Source of the DNA: Saprolegnia diclina VS20 | Lineage: Eukaryota | Length of the DNA: 64,000 bases | Reading direction: 5' to 3' | Assembly: GCF_000281045.1 (NCBI RefSeq) | Contig: NW_008246130.1 | Span: 112,035 to 176,034 of the forward strand | Part shown: piece by piece, positions 11,508 through 23,246 of the stretch | Layout: each line of letters starts with the position of its first letter | How positions within the stretch are numbered: position 1 is the first letter of the stretch | Position numbers and translations under genes: made by a program | The notes under the pieces: generated by a model | Databases searched by the model: none | Told to the model about the DNA's origin: nothing | The model's input: only the letters and a program-made list of their open reading frames with translations

Positions 11508-12305
11508 TCAAAGCAACTTGGTTCGCATCGTGTCCCGAAAGTACTTGTTGCCAATGCCGCCAAACCCAAAGGCCGGGACGACACGCGCAACACGGGCACC
11601 CGTCGACTTGATGTATTCGCGCGAGATGAATGACATGCGCTGGTTCATCGGGACGCCCTTGTTGTTGTACAAGTCGAGACTGAGGAGGTGGAGCGGCGTT
11701 GAGAGAAATTGCACCAGCATCGGGCACGTGAGCTGCGCGAGCGTATTTGACGTCCGCGGCGTCTGGCCGAGCTCCTGGAACTTGGCCGACAGAATCGGCG
11801 GCGCAATGAACGACGCGCCAACCGTGAGCGAATCGCGGATCGCAAAGAGCCCCATTGACATGAGCGGGAACTTGGTCGGCGCAATGACGCCAAACATACG
11901 CGTGAACTCGCGGTCCTTGATGATGCACGCGCCCATGTTGACGGCTGTCGTGGACAAGAACTTGGGCATGTTGCTGTCGACTTCGACCGTCTCGCAGAGC
12001 GAATCGACAGCGTTCGCGCTGAGGTACGTGGCCGTGTAGACACCGTAAATCAAAAGAAACTCCTTTCGGCGAATGAACTGGAGCGGGTTGCGGACAAAGT
12101 CCCTGCTGATCTCGACGAGGGCCTTCTTGAGCGGGCGGGCGCCGGCGGCATTCTCAATGACGGCGCGGTCGACCGTCGTGATAAAGGGCGCGACGAAGAA
12201 GGACGCAATACCGGCGGCCGCGAGGTCGATCCCGAGCTTGGTGCCGAGCGTCGTCAACGACGACGTCGTCGGTGTGGTTGTGGCAGCGGCGGTCGAGGAG
12301 GGCAT
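11508..12305 (-). CDS. Conserved membrane protein, mitochondrial-carrier-like (atypical)
   Basis: Intronless. Carrier-like Px[D/E]-type segments (APFITTVDRA, STPLHLLSLD), a C-terminal ARVARVVPAFGFGGIGN and several hydrophobic helices. Confidence 0.65.
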   Translation of the reverse strand: MPSSTAAATTTPTTSSLTTLGTKLGIDLAAAGIASFFVAPFITTVDRAVIENAAGARPLKKALVEISRDFVRNPLQFIRRKEFLLIYGVYTATYLSANAVDSLCETVEVDSNMPKFLSTTAVNMGACIIKDREFTRMFGVIAPTKFPLMSMGLFAIRDSLTVGASFIAPPILSAKFQELGQTPRTSNTLAQLTCPMLVQFLSTPLHLLSLDLYNNKGVPMNQRMSFISREYIKSTGARVARVVPAFGFGGIGNKYFRDTMRTKLL

Positions 12306-14156
12306 GTGCTTGGACGCTACGACGCTTATCGGAAACTGACCTTGGTGCGAGGAAGGCCATGACATTGCGCGATGCCATTGGCCGATCGCAACTTCAAAAC
12401 GCTTGCGGATTGGCTCAAAAACCAAAGGTAATGTGACGCGTCGGCGCAAGCAGGACGTCGAGTGGCATTTTTTTAAAATACTTGGTGTTTGTATGCGATT
12501 AATTTCGCGGGTGCTGGGTGATTTGCCTCTTGAAGCAGCCAGGACGGGTGTCACGGCCAAGGTGCAACCACCTGGCCCGTCTACCCGTCGCCAGCACCGA
12601 CGACGTTGCGTGCGCTTGGCTAGGGCGTAGAAAACCCGAGTCGAAAGGGCCAGATCCAGGACGACGACGTCAACACTCTCTCAGCACTCGCCAGAGATGC
12701 GCAATCGGCCTTCGCGCCACATGATCTTTCCCGCCCGCCCCACTTGTTGAGGCAAAGATACCCCGTCGGAACCAAGAGAGCTGCTGTGACAGCGAGCCGC
12801 ACCTAGCTTACGTCCACAACGCAAGGGCCAATTGACGGCAACGTCCATTGGATGCACATCTGCGATTGGCCAACCGATTGGCGCTGGTGCCGTTCTGGAA
12901 GCCTATTGGTCAAAATCCGTCGTGCGATCTTCTGCAGGATCCCAATCTGGTCGACGAGAGGCACGACGCCAGCCGATGGTACGAAGATAGCGAACGCATA
13001 CCGTACCCTACTACGTTGTGGACGCTGCACAAACGGAATGGCACGTATAGATGGCATGGGATCACTCGGATATTCCGATATTTCTACTCGGCCAAGAAAG
13101 GACCATGCTGGTGCTCATTGGGTTCTGTGGTAGAGACATCTCGCTGCTTTCGTTCGAACGCGAGGCTTTCTTGCTGAACGCTAATCTCATTTTTAACTCG
13201 ACCACAAGCCGCGTGCAAGGTACCGTAGCGAGATTCAAACTCGCACCAGCTCCTCGTGCTGGCATGCCAACACCTAGAGCTCAGGACCAACAACAAAGAG
13301 ACGTCGTGTTGGTTACGAAGCCTCATCAGAGGCACGCGGTGGCAAAGCGCCGGTCACTGGATTTCTTTGTGTCTGGACGCCGTGTTTTTGTCGACAGGAC
13401 CACGGGGTAGTCTCGTGGATTGAGTTGCTCGTCCACGCGAGTAGCAAGGGATCACTGGGACATCTTGTGGGAGAAGGAGGTTGATCTTGCGAAGCGCCAT
13501 TAGCCATTGAAAAGGAGCTCCGTTGACGTTCGTTTTGCGAGTGAAAACGCTATCACGATGTTGCGCGCATGGGGCTGTCCCTCGACGCCTTGATGCAAGG
13601 TGTCTGTCTTTGCGTTTCAAGAAGCTGACGATTTTGTGTCGCGCTGTCGACTCTCTGAATCGCACACTCGATCTTGTTTCTGTCCAAACAAGAGAATAGA
13701 CACGTACAGACGGACGATTCAAAAAGCCGCTCTCTCGTAGTTTTGAACGAAACCAACGCATCGTGGTTGTCAGAACGGCAGACGCCATTTTTGAGAAGGC
13801 CCTTTTGTCGTCCTCCCCTAGCATTCCTGCTGCTCCTCACGCCGAAGATATGGGACTCAAGTCCCGTTGAGCTAACTGTGAGTACTTACTTCTCTTTTCT
13901 TATTGATCTTTGGTCGTGCTAACTAGTTGCTCTTCGATATGGCCCTGATTTGGTGCAACCGCATGAATCAAAGCCGAAAAACCGTGGCATGAACGCGATC
14001 ATGCAAGATTCCGACGTCCGCATCCCGGATTGGCCACCATCGTATCTCGGTCGCTGCATTTTAGCCAACCCATCATCTGGATATCCATAAGCGGCTTGTG
14101 ACTGGACAAAATAGAATGCCCGCTTTTGCGCACGGCGATTGGTCCACCAAAGAGCA

Positions 14157-14501
14157 ATGTGGGCCAACTTGGCACAGCGCGTCGGCACGGCCGTCGCGCT
14201 CTTTGGCGCGACGGTCTCGGGCACGTACCTCACTGTCGAGCTCGCCATCTCGCACGCAGAAGAGACGGCCGCTGATGAGCGCAAGCTCTGGGAACGAAAC
14301 CTGCGCCCGCTTAAGAAGGAAGCCACGGACCGTTTGCCCAGTGTCGCCGATGCCGACGAGAAAGACCGTCTCAACCATGTCATTGCGCACGTCGACGCTG
14401 CTGAAAAGCGACTCCAGAAGGCAGAAATGGACGTTATCGACATGAAGATTAGCTGGAGCGATACACAAAACAAAGTCGCGGCCTTCTTCAGCTCGAAATA
14501 A
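14157..14501 (+). CDS. Small hypothetical protein (N-terminal hydrophobic helix plus coiled coil)
   Basis: 114-aa ORF MWANLAQRVGTAVALFGATV... with coding-like codon bias, preceded by GATTGG (CCAAT) boxes. Confidence 0.65.
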   Translation: MWANLAQRVGTAVALFGATVSGTYLTVELAISHAEETAADERKLWERNLRPLKKEATDRLPSVADADEKDRLNHVIAHVDAAEKRLQKAEMDVIDMKISWSDTQNKVAAFFSSK

Positions 14502-14839
14502 TGACAATATACACGTTGACGCTCTGGAATGGTTACGTCCTTGTACCATTGATGCTTTTTCATAGACCAAATTTGTATGCAGTACGCTGTGTCATTTCCA
14601 AACTAAGATCTGAAGCTCTGAACCGAGTCCTTGTTGTCCTAGGATAGCAATTTTTGAACGAGTGCACTTTCCTTGCACCCACGGTACGAAAGGAACGAGC
14701 GCTTCGCCAGAACAATACTCGTAAACCTCTGGCTTAGCTCCTCAAACCTTCGACGATTTCAACGCTCGATGGCGGAAGAAGAGAAGACGTTGTAGCCATC
14801 CTCGAAGATTAATGATCATTTTCGATCTTCCACGCTTCC

Positions 14840-16092
14840 ATGGCGACAACAGCGCTCTCGCTGCCGCTCTGCCAAGGCCTCACACCGGACAACCTCGCGT
14901 CGGCGGCTTCGTCGTACCCGCGACTCAAGCCCGCGCTGTCTACGGTTCTAGCGCAGCCGCTCGCAACATGGTACACGGACCGGACCGAGTACCTCAAGGT
15001 TGCAACGCAGACCATGGATGTGTGCGCGGCAGGCAACGGCCACAGCGCGCAGCTGCCCGTCCTCGTCGTCTACGGCCTCCCGGGCAAAGACTGCTCGGGT
15101 GTCTACTCAAACCAGGGCTCCAACACCAACACGGCCGAGTACACTGCGTTCATCACGGCGCTCGCGACCCTCGTGGGCACGCAGCCCGTGCTCTACGTCC
15201 TCGAGCCCGACGCCGTGGGTCTCTTGGCCGACGGCGCCAACTCGTGCGCTTGGACGCACGGGTACTTGGCCAATATGGAGATTGCGATGAGTCTTCTCAC
15301 TGCTGCCAACCCGAACGCGCTCATGTACGTGGATGTCGGCTGGTGGACGTTCAAGAATGCAACGACGATGGCCACCATGCTGCCGATCGTCGACAAGCTC
15401 GCGAAAGCCGGGCGCATGCGCGGGATCGCGATCAACACGTCCAACTACCGCGGCAACGCCGAGCTGCTCGAATATTGCATGAATTTTGCCGCGGCGCGCC
15501 CGGGTACGCATCCTTTCTGAGATCCAACCGGTTGAATAGTGTTGCTGCTAGGATACACGTGCATTTTCGATACCTCGCGCAACTACCACGGCCCGAGCCC
15601 CACAGGCGAGTGGTGCAACGCCAACATGGCCGGCATTGGGTACACGATACTGCTCAAATAGATGGGAATGTGCGAATCTCATGACAGCTGCGCAGGGTGC
15701 CACCGACGTCCAGCACGGGATCGCCCCACGTCGACTACTACCTCTGGCTCAAGACACCCGGGCAGAGCGACGGTCTCTGCAACACGGGCGTAAGTGCCGA
15801 CGCGATGCGGGGGCCGGCAGCCGGTGACTTTTTCCAGCGCGGCTTTTCCATGATGTGGGACAACGGGTACTTTGTCGACAAGGGCCTCGGCACCAAGCTC
15901 GGCGAGTACGCAATCCCGGGCCAAGTTTCCGACTCGTCCATATCGCCGATCGTGTGGGTCATCATTGCCGCTTCGATTCTCGCTGCCGGCATCGTCCTCG
16001 GCGTGGGCATCCTGCTCAAGAAGAAACGTGACGCGCGCAAGCAGAAAGAACGGGCCGGATATCAACTCGAGCGCCGGTCGCCGGCTATTTAA
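14840..16092 (+). CDS. Glycoside hydrolase family 6 (cellulase-like) with C-terminal TM anchor, 3 exons
   Basis: GH6 motifs ATWYTDR, VVYGLPGKDC, VLEPDA, YVDVG, GIAINTSNY, FDTSRN, EWCN and YLWLKTPGQSDG. Introns 15504-15551 and 15640-15695. TM helix IVWVIIAASILAAGIVLGVGILL followed by KKKR. Confidence 0.92.
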
Positions 16093-16101
16093 GACGTTGC
16101 G

Positions 16102-16987
16102 TTAGGACAAGCCTGGCCACGCCGGTCGCTCCGTCTCCTCGGACTCTTCGACGAGGTCCGTATTGAATAGCTCGATAAACTATCCCATGAATACGCGTCA
16201 AAGTCTACACAGTGGAATACTACTACCTGCTGGTCCATCATGCGCGGCTTGGGGTGCGAAAAGCGAATGTACTCGTCAAACACAGAGCTAAACGCCCAGC
16301 GCTGCACCTAAACCCGTCCTCGTTGGCCTCAATGTCCTCTACATCGCGCCGACCTTTCGGAGGCACCCGACAAGGCAGCCCGTTCGATGCTACACAGTCG
16401 CCACTAGCTCCTCGTTGAAGTAAAGAGAGGAGGCGTACCTTGCCCTTGTTGCAATGAATGAGCATCGGATGGTTGCGCTTGTCTAGCCATAGCCATCATC
16501 GTGGACGAGCGATATGATTAACGTTGTCGTACCCAAGACAGCGCTCAATGCGGCGGCAATGCCCTTTTCTGGGATGTCCACGAACGGCTCCTACACCATA
16601 CGCGTTGGGTACTTGACGGCGACGGAGGTGATGAGGACCTTGTTGCCGGGCACACCAAACTGAAGCAAGGTCACGCCGTGGATCTTGTTGAATTCGCAGT
16701 TGGCGAGTGGGTAGTCTTCGAGCACGAGCGTTCTACGAGGTGCTAAGCACGTACGTCCATGCGCCACAGACGCGTACAAGATGCTCTTGAGCCCGAGCGT
16801 CTTGACAAAGGCAAAGTTCTTCTTCTTGGGAAAACCGCCTACGCCGCAAAGGAGCGCATGAGACGCCGCTGCGAGATCGAGGAAGCGTACTGCGGTAGAG
16901 ACCACGCTCGACCATGGCGAAGTTCTCGGGCGGGATGAGCTCCTCGTATTCGGTATCGACCTCCTCGTCCTTGCGCTGGGCTTCCAT
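16102..16987 (-). CDS. SIW14: Siw14/PFA-DSP atypical dual-specificity (inositol pyrophosphate) phosphatase, about 8 exons
   Basis: The spliced reading gives LIPPENFAMVERGLYRSGFP, LKSILTL, GNKEPF, PMLIHCNKGKHRTGCLVGCLRK, FDEYIRF and DQQFIELF. Confidence 0.9.
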
Positions 16988-17144
16988 CCCTGGTGGCACG
17001 ACGAAGATATTCACAAGCCGCTGATTGGCGAAAAAGACGGTATTTTAGCCAATCCCATGCGTGTCGTTACCAAGCGCTTGTGAGGTGCATTCTTATTTAA
17101 GATGCTGCGGATTGGTGCGTTTCAACACCGCGATCTTGCCCTAG

Positions 17145-17168
17145 GATAGATAGATAGATGGATAGATG

Positions 17169-17262
<94 letters not shown>

Positions 17263-17268
17263 GAGATA
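17145..17268. repeat. (GATA)n tetranucleotide microsatellite, about 30 units
   Basis: Directly visible run of GATA with a few GATG/GAGA interruptions. Confidence 0.98.
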
Positions 17269-17375
17269 AGATTGCGGCAACCTGTACGGAGCTCAATGAG
17301 CTGCACGAGACACATACACTTGGTCGTGCGACTGCGAAACGAGAAAGAGAGATGCAACAAAATGGTATTCATCGT

Positions 17376-18911
17376 CTAAACGCTGGGGGCGCCGATGGGC
17401 CCGTCGAACGAGTCCTTGCACTTGATGCCGGGCGTACCAGGAATGCGCGGGATGTACCAACAGTGACCCTTGGCGACGCCGCCGCGGGTCGTTGCCGCGA
17501 GGTTGAAGCCACCAAAGTTCCACGACTTGTCAAACGACGCAAACTGCACCTTGAGCCAGTCCTTCGAGAAGCTGAGCTCCATAAAGCCGTACGGGTTGCC
17601 GCCGGCCACCCAGATCGGGTCGAGAAACTTGTTGCTGCCCTGCGTCGACGACTCGGTGACAATGCCACCACCACCGCCGTTTTCGAAAAAGTGGGTCCCC
17701 CACTTGGCGACGTCATGGTTGAAGCCGTGCGTGTGGCCGTTGAACCACGCGTGCACCTGGTTGGTCTTGGTCACGTTGTACCAGCGCATCATGCGCGGCT
17801 CGCCCATGTGAAAGTGCGGCGAGTAGTGCGTGTTGATGATCTTGAAGTCGGCCTTCGAAGCCGCCATGTCGCGCATCGCGCCGTCCATCGAGTCTTGGCC
17901 CCACTTTTCAATCGTGTCCATGCAGGCCTTGTACATGCCGACGTCGCCGCCGGCGCAGAGCTGGTCGCCGCCAATCACGTTCTTGCAGGCTGTGTTGGAG
18001 TTGGTGACCTTGAACTTCTTGGCGTAGCCAAAGCACTGGCAGCAGACCTGGCTCGCACCGTGCGACTCGGCGTGGTTGGTGTCGAGATTGTAAATCTCGA
18101 CCGTCACGCCGTCCTTCTCGACACTCTCGACGTAGTAGTGGTCCTTCATGAGCCACCGGTCGCCGTTCGGGCTCTGGTAATTCTGCTGGAGCGAAAACTT
18201 GAGGTTGAGGTACTTGAGCATCTGGGCCGTGTCCTTGCACTCAAAGAACGCGTTGTCCTTGTCGCCGCAAATGTACTCCGAGCCGCCAATGTCGTGGTTC
18301 CCCGCGACGTTGACCCATTTGATACCGGCGAGCTCCGGCTGGTTGTACACCTTCTCAAACGTCTCCTCCATGCGGTACTTGATGTCGTCCGGGCCAGCGC
18401 CGTCCCAATAAATGTTGTCACCGTGACCAATGACGCGCGACGGCTTGGGCTTGAGCGCGCCGGCCGACTTGGCCATGATGTCGGCGACATACAGCTGCGA
18501 GAAGTAGTCGACCTTGTAGCGAATTCGCGACGTGTCGATCGTGCTGTCCGCGTACAGCTTGCAGCACGAGCCCGGCGGGCCCTCGCCCTTCTCGGACGTC
18601 GACGAGACCTTGCCCGTCGTACTGCCCCAGTCGCCGACAGCGAGCATCGTGATGACGGCCGGGTCGGTCTCTGGGTTGGAGCTTGGCGACGGCGCCGGCG
18701 TCGTCGTCGGCGAGTTGGACGCCGGCGGAAGCAAGTCGCTGTCACTCACGTTCTTTTGGGTCGACGCCGGCGCGGGCGTCGCGTTCTTGTCCGTGCCGGC
18801 GCCGTCCTTGGCGTCGGTCGTCTTGCCGCCCGAGAGCGTCACGGCGAGCACGACCGCGACCGCGACGGCGACCAGCAGCGAGACGAGGATAATGATCGTC
18901 TTCTTCTGCAT
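17376..18911 (-). CDS. Calcineurin-like metallophosphoesterase / purple acid phosphatase-type, N-terminal signal anchor (copy 1, intronless)
   Basis: All five PAP blocks are present: GDWG, GDNIY, GNHD, NTHY and GHTH. It has a hydrophobic N-terminus and a P/T-rich stalk. Confidence 0.93.
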   Translation of the reverse strand: MQKKTIIILVSLLVAVAVAVVLAVTLSGGKTTDAKDGAGTDKNATPAPASTQKNVSDSDLLPPASNSPTTTPAPSPSSNPETDPAVITMLAVGDWGSTTGKVSSTSEKGEGPPGSCCKLYADSTIDTSRIRYKVDYFSQLYVADIMAKSAGALKPKPSRVIGHGDNIYWDGAGPDDIKYRMEETFEKVYNQPELAGIKWVNVAGNHDIGGSEYICGDKDNAFFECKDTAQMLKYLNLKFSLQQNYQSPNGDRWLMKDHYYVESVEKDGVTVEIYNLDTNHAESHGASQVCCQCFGYAKKFKVTNSNTACKNVIGGDQLCAGGDVGMYKACMDTIEKWGQDSMDGAMRDMAASKADFKIINTHYSPHFHMGEPRMMRWYNVTKTNQVHAWFNGHTHGFNHDVAKWGTHFFENGGGGGIVTESSTQGSNKFLDPIWVAGGNPYGFMELSFSKDWLKVQFASFDKSWNFGGFNLAATTRGGVAKGHCWYIPRIPGTPGIKCKDSFDGPIGAPSV

Positions 18912-20539
18912 CTTCCTCGAGAGCAATGAGCGACCAGTGAAATTGGAATCTGACACTGATGGGCCCCGCCCTCTACCTGGACACTCTGGAAAACGAAAAG
19001 AGCCATATAGATGCCAAAGTATATCCGATAAGCATCCTTTTGTTTTGATACGCTCTTCCTGATCGATCTTCGCGCGTGGCACGCGAGAGATCCGGTTGTG
19101 TGAGAAATCCGGATAAAACGTGACTCACGGCCTGTCTGCCAATCAAAAAGGCGCATTCGCCGATGCATGGATGAGAAATTTCATGTTTGCGGCGGCATGG
19201 ACCAGCCACCCAGATTGGTGTCGCAACTGTAGTTGCAATATCAATGCGCTTCCTGCATTGCGGAGGCTCTTCCTGCTGCTCTCGTTTGGCGCTACAGTGG
19301 CGGAGTGATTTGCCGGTGGTTATCTCGATAGGAATGAGAAGGCGGCCTGCAACCTGGATGTGGGTACACGTTTCGTTCGACACAACCTCACAACTTGTGC
19401 CAGCTGGCGAGATTTCTATCAAAAATTTGCACCATTTGATGCCAACTTCAAGCCGCGTTGACGGCCTTCCCACAAGCACGCGGGCGCACTCGAGTGCAAG
19501 GAGGCTCAGGGCACATAACCAACGAGTGCATCAAAGTTTCTAACTGGTTAGAGCCTTGCCAGAGCGATGAACAACCTCTTGTGGGACGGGTGCCATGGCG
19601 CCGAGCCAACACTTGGGCCGCGACGAGCGATATTACCCGATGTGCCAATTGTACTCTAACGTAAGGATGCTATCACGATGGAGGACTCACGTTGCCCAAC
19701 TTCCAACCAAAACGCTTTGTCGACCGACGTCGTTCTGCGTGAAACGGCGCTGCCGACTCGAAAGCGAAGTCATCCGAAAGCTCTGCAAAGCCCGTATTCC
19801 ACGAGCATCGCTGGACCTATGGTGCTATGGGGCTGGCACACTGAGTCTGGATGCGGTGAAATTTTAGGGAACGAATTGTCGTCTTGGGACGACCAAGCAG
19901 AATTTCGAATTGCTCGAGTGTCCATGCCGTCTGGACGCGGAAGGAGACTTGCCTGCACGAGATGTATCGCGCTGCACGGATCGCTCTGCTTGCGACAGAC
20001 ATAGACGGCACGAAACTTCACTCCACGATGATGTAAAACCTTGTTTAATGACTAGTGCAATGAGGTAGAATCGAACTCCCGACAGCGCAAATGCCATCGT
20101 CTGGCAGGGAACGAGCAATGTTGCGAACGGAAAGGTTGGAATCGGTCGTCCATGCCATTGAATTTTCAAGGCAATTTTTATGGGACGAAATGGATAACTA
20201 CCGTAATTGCCGTATTCAAGTATCCTAGTGTCCCATCATTGGCCAAGCGACTTTACCCTTACTCTCCGCACCTCTGACAGGCAGCAAGCTCTGTACCAGC
20301 AGAACGGCACGAGTCCACTTGCATACGCACTACATGATAGAATTGTCTATAGCCCCACGATATTGGTACAGCAAGGGCCACGACTACGTAGGATCACTTG
20401 ACGGGAGATGACAACGGACGAAATAAGGTAATTGGCCGGCGGGACAGGCCACTGTAACACCGTCCATACCCATGCACTCTGAATCTCAGTGCAAATCGCG
20501 CTGCTGGCCATTTGCCATTCGCCACTGATCGCCGCCTTC

Positions 20540-22063
20540 ATGCAGAAGAAGACGATCCTTATCCTGGCGACGGTGCTCGTCGCCGTCGCTGTCGCCGTCA
20601 TCCTCGCCGTGACACTCTCGGGTGGCAAGACGACCGACACCAACGACCGCGCCGGCAACGGCCAGAACCCGACGCCGGCGCCTGGCCCGAAGAATGTGAC
20701 GGCCGACGACCTCCTTGCGACGACGGTACCTGCGTCCAACACGCCGACGCCGGCGCCCACGGCCAACCCCGAGACGGATCCGGCCGTCATCACGATGCTC
20801 GCGATTGGTGACTGGGGCAGCACTACCGGCAAGATCTCGTCGACGTCCGAGAAGGGCGAGGGCCCGCCGGGCTCGTGCTGCAAACTCTATGAAGACAGCA
20901 CTGTCGACACGTCCCGTCTGCGCTACAAGGTTGACTACTTTTCGCAGCTCTATGTCGCCGACATCATGGCCAAGTCGGCCGGCGCGCTCAAGCCAAAGCC
21001 GTCGCGCATCCTCGGGCACGGCGACAACATCTACTGGGACGGCGTCGGTCCCGGCGACATTCAGTACCGCATGGAAGAGACGTTTGAGAAGATGTACAAC
21101 CAGCCGGAGCTCGCCGGTATCAAGTGGGTCAACGTCGCGGGGAACCACGACATTGGCGGCTCCGAGTTTATCTGCGGCGAGAAGGACAATGCGTTCCGCA
21201 AGTGCGACGACACGGCCGAGATGCTCAAGTACCTCAACCTCAAGTTTTCGCTCCAGCAGAATTACCAAAGCCCGAACGGGAACCGGTGGCTCATGAAGGA
21301 CCACTACTACATTGAGACAGTCGAGAAGGACGGCGTGACGGTCGAGATTTACAACCTCGACACCAACCACGCCGAGTCGCACGGCGCCGACCAAGTATGT
21401 TGCCAGTGCTTTGGCTACGCGCGGTTGTTTGGCGTCAAAAACTCCAACTCCGAGTGCAAGAACGTCGGGCCCGGTAGCCGTCTCTGCGCCGGCGGCGACC
21501 TCGGCATGTACAAGGCCTGTATGGAGACGATTGAAAAGTGGGGCCAAGACTCGATGGACGGCGCCATGCGGGACTTGGCAGCTTCGAAGGCCGACTTCAA
21601 GATCATCAACACGCACTACTCGCCGCATTTCCACATGTCGCCCGCGCGCATGATGCGCTGGTACAACGTGACGCAGAAGGCCCACGTGCATGCGTGGTTC
21701 AACGGTCACACGCACGGCTTCAACCACGACATTGCCAAGTGGGGGACCCATTTCTTCCAGAACGGCGGCGGCGGGGGTATCGTCACCGAGGCTTCGACGC
21801 CCGGCAACAACGAGTTTCTCAACCCGATCTGGGTGGCCGGCGGCAACCCGTACGGCTTTATGGAGCTCAGCTTCTCGAAGGACTGGCTCAAGGTGCAGTT
21901 TGCGACCTTTGACAAGGCGTGGAACTTTGGCGGCTTCAACCTCGCGGCGACCAACCGCGGCGGCGTCGCCAAAGGTCACTGCTGGTACATTCCGCGCACG
22001 CAGGGCTCGAATGGTGTCAAGTGCAGCGACTCGGTGGATACACCGATCGGCATGCCCATTTAA
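20540..22063 (+). CDS. Calcineurin-like metallophosphoesterase / purple acid phosphatase-type (copy 2, intronless)
   Basis: Same motifs as copy 1, with long stretches identical to it, in inverted orientation. Confidence 0.93.
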   Translation: MQKKTILILATVLVAVAVAVILAVTLSGGKTTDTNDRAGNGQNPTPAPGPKNVTADDLLATTVPASNTPTPAPTANPETDPAVITMLAIGDWGSTTGKISSTSEKGEGPPGSCCKLYEDSTVDTSRLRYKVDYFSQLYVADIMAKSAGALKPKPSRILGHGDNIYWDGVGPGDIQYRMEETFEKMYNQPELAGIKWVNVAGNHDIGGSEFICGEKDNAFRKCDDTAEMLKYLNLKFSLQQNYQSPNGNRWLMKDHYYIETVEKDGVTVEIYNLDTNHAESHGADQVCCQCFGYARLFGVKNSNSECKNVGPGSRLCAGGDLGMYKACMETIEKWGQDSMDGAMRDLAASKADFKIINTHYSPHFHMSPARMMRWYNVTQKAHVHAWFNGHTHGFNHDIAKWGTHFFQNGGGGGIVTEASTPGNNEFLNPIWVAGGNPYGFMELSFSKDWLKVQFATFDKAWNFGGFNLAATNRGGVAKGHCWYIPRTQGSNGVKCSDSVDTPIGMPI

Positions 22064-22358
22064 TAAGTCAGACGAGAAGTGTCTACAAGAGAACGACTTT
22101 TGCTTCCAGAGTTCTTGTTCGCGGGAAGCGTCTAGTCTAAGGTCCCATCAAAGCCATCATGAATACGAGGGCAGTTCGTTAGCAGGTTGGCGCGTCTTCG
22201 CGTGAGACAGCGTTTGCGTACATAGACTTGGAGGCAGCGAGCTCCAAGTCGACGTCAATTCACCTGCATATGAATGATGTGCGTGTACCTGGGTCATGCG
22301 GCCAAGGTAGAGACCTCTTGTGATCATGTAGATCACAAGAACGACAACAAGATCCCCG

Positions 22359-22830
22359 CGCGGGATCAACTGGGCCGCCGAGCCCTGAACGACGCGCTTG
22401 CGACGACCTCCGACGCGATGATGGCGATCCCGATCGAGACCCCGACCGCTCGCCGTCGACTGCCTTAGCGGTAGCGCTCACCGCATCCCGCGAGCTCCTC
22501 AAGGCAATCGACGACGATTCGTCTTCCGGCAGCCCACAAGATGGCAGACGAGCTCGTGGCGACGGTCCTCGTGGTCCCGCCGGTACATACGCGTTATCCC
22601 TCATGAGGTTAATGGCGATCGAGCCGTAGACCTTTGAGGAGCTCAAGGCCGCATTTCGGCGATGCGACGAACGGCTATGCGCTCGAGAGGGATACCCGCG
22701 AGGCCCTAGCGAGGTATATTTGCATTTTTTGTACCGTCAGACACGGAGCTAATCGTCTTCCATAGGCTGCTCGCGACGAAGATGGAGCTCGGGCTCAAGC
22801 AGCTCGTTGCCGAGCTCAAGATAGTATCAT
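22359..22830 (+). pseudogene. Possible decayed gene fragment
   Basis: Coding-like segments (ELLKAIDDD, TFEELKAAF, ALERDTREALARLLATKMELGLKQLVAELK) are separated by GT..AG intron-like pieces but broken by frameshifts and stops. Confidence 0.3.
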
Positions 22831-23246
22831 ATAGTTTTACCTAATACTCAACAACAGTAGTCACTTTTCGTGCACTCAACTACTTCTTTTGTACCGCTGT
22901 CGCCATATCCATCGTCGGTCAACAAGGCTGCGCAGCGTAGCCAGCGCGACAAACGTAGTACATGTAGCCAAGTTCAATCGACTGGAGTCGTGGGTTGCTC
23001 TACCCGTTGACCATGATGAGCCTTGGTCGCGATAAGAAGCGCACGTACGCAGGAGGTCATCTCCTGGGGGTCGTCGCCACCTTCTCTCTTGTCCGCGGAT
23101 GGTCGTCAACGTTCACTCTCCTTGACCGTGCAAATGTCGCTACTGGTTGGGATCGCGGGCCAGCCTTGCAAGAGACCAAGAAGAAGATAACATGTAAGAG
23201 ATGTTAGTATCGTGATAGTGTATCGTTGCAATAAATACGCGCCTCC

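Noticed and set aside
12600..14050. Possible multi-exon gene in the spacer between the carrier-like gene and 14157
   Set aside because: Some splice-like signals and CCAAT boxes are present, but I could not build a coherent frame, codon bias or motif.
17097..17372. ORF with IYLS repeats
   Set aside because: It is only a translation of the (TATC)n microsatellite.
17352..18929. Long antisense ORFs (525 aa here; also 20486-21979, 40695-41705, 47527-48552 and 49164-50504)
   Set aside because: These are shadow frames caused by the high GC3 codon bias of real genes on the opposite strand, and they show no motifs.
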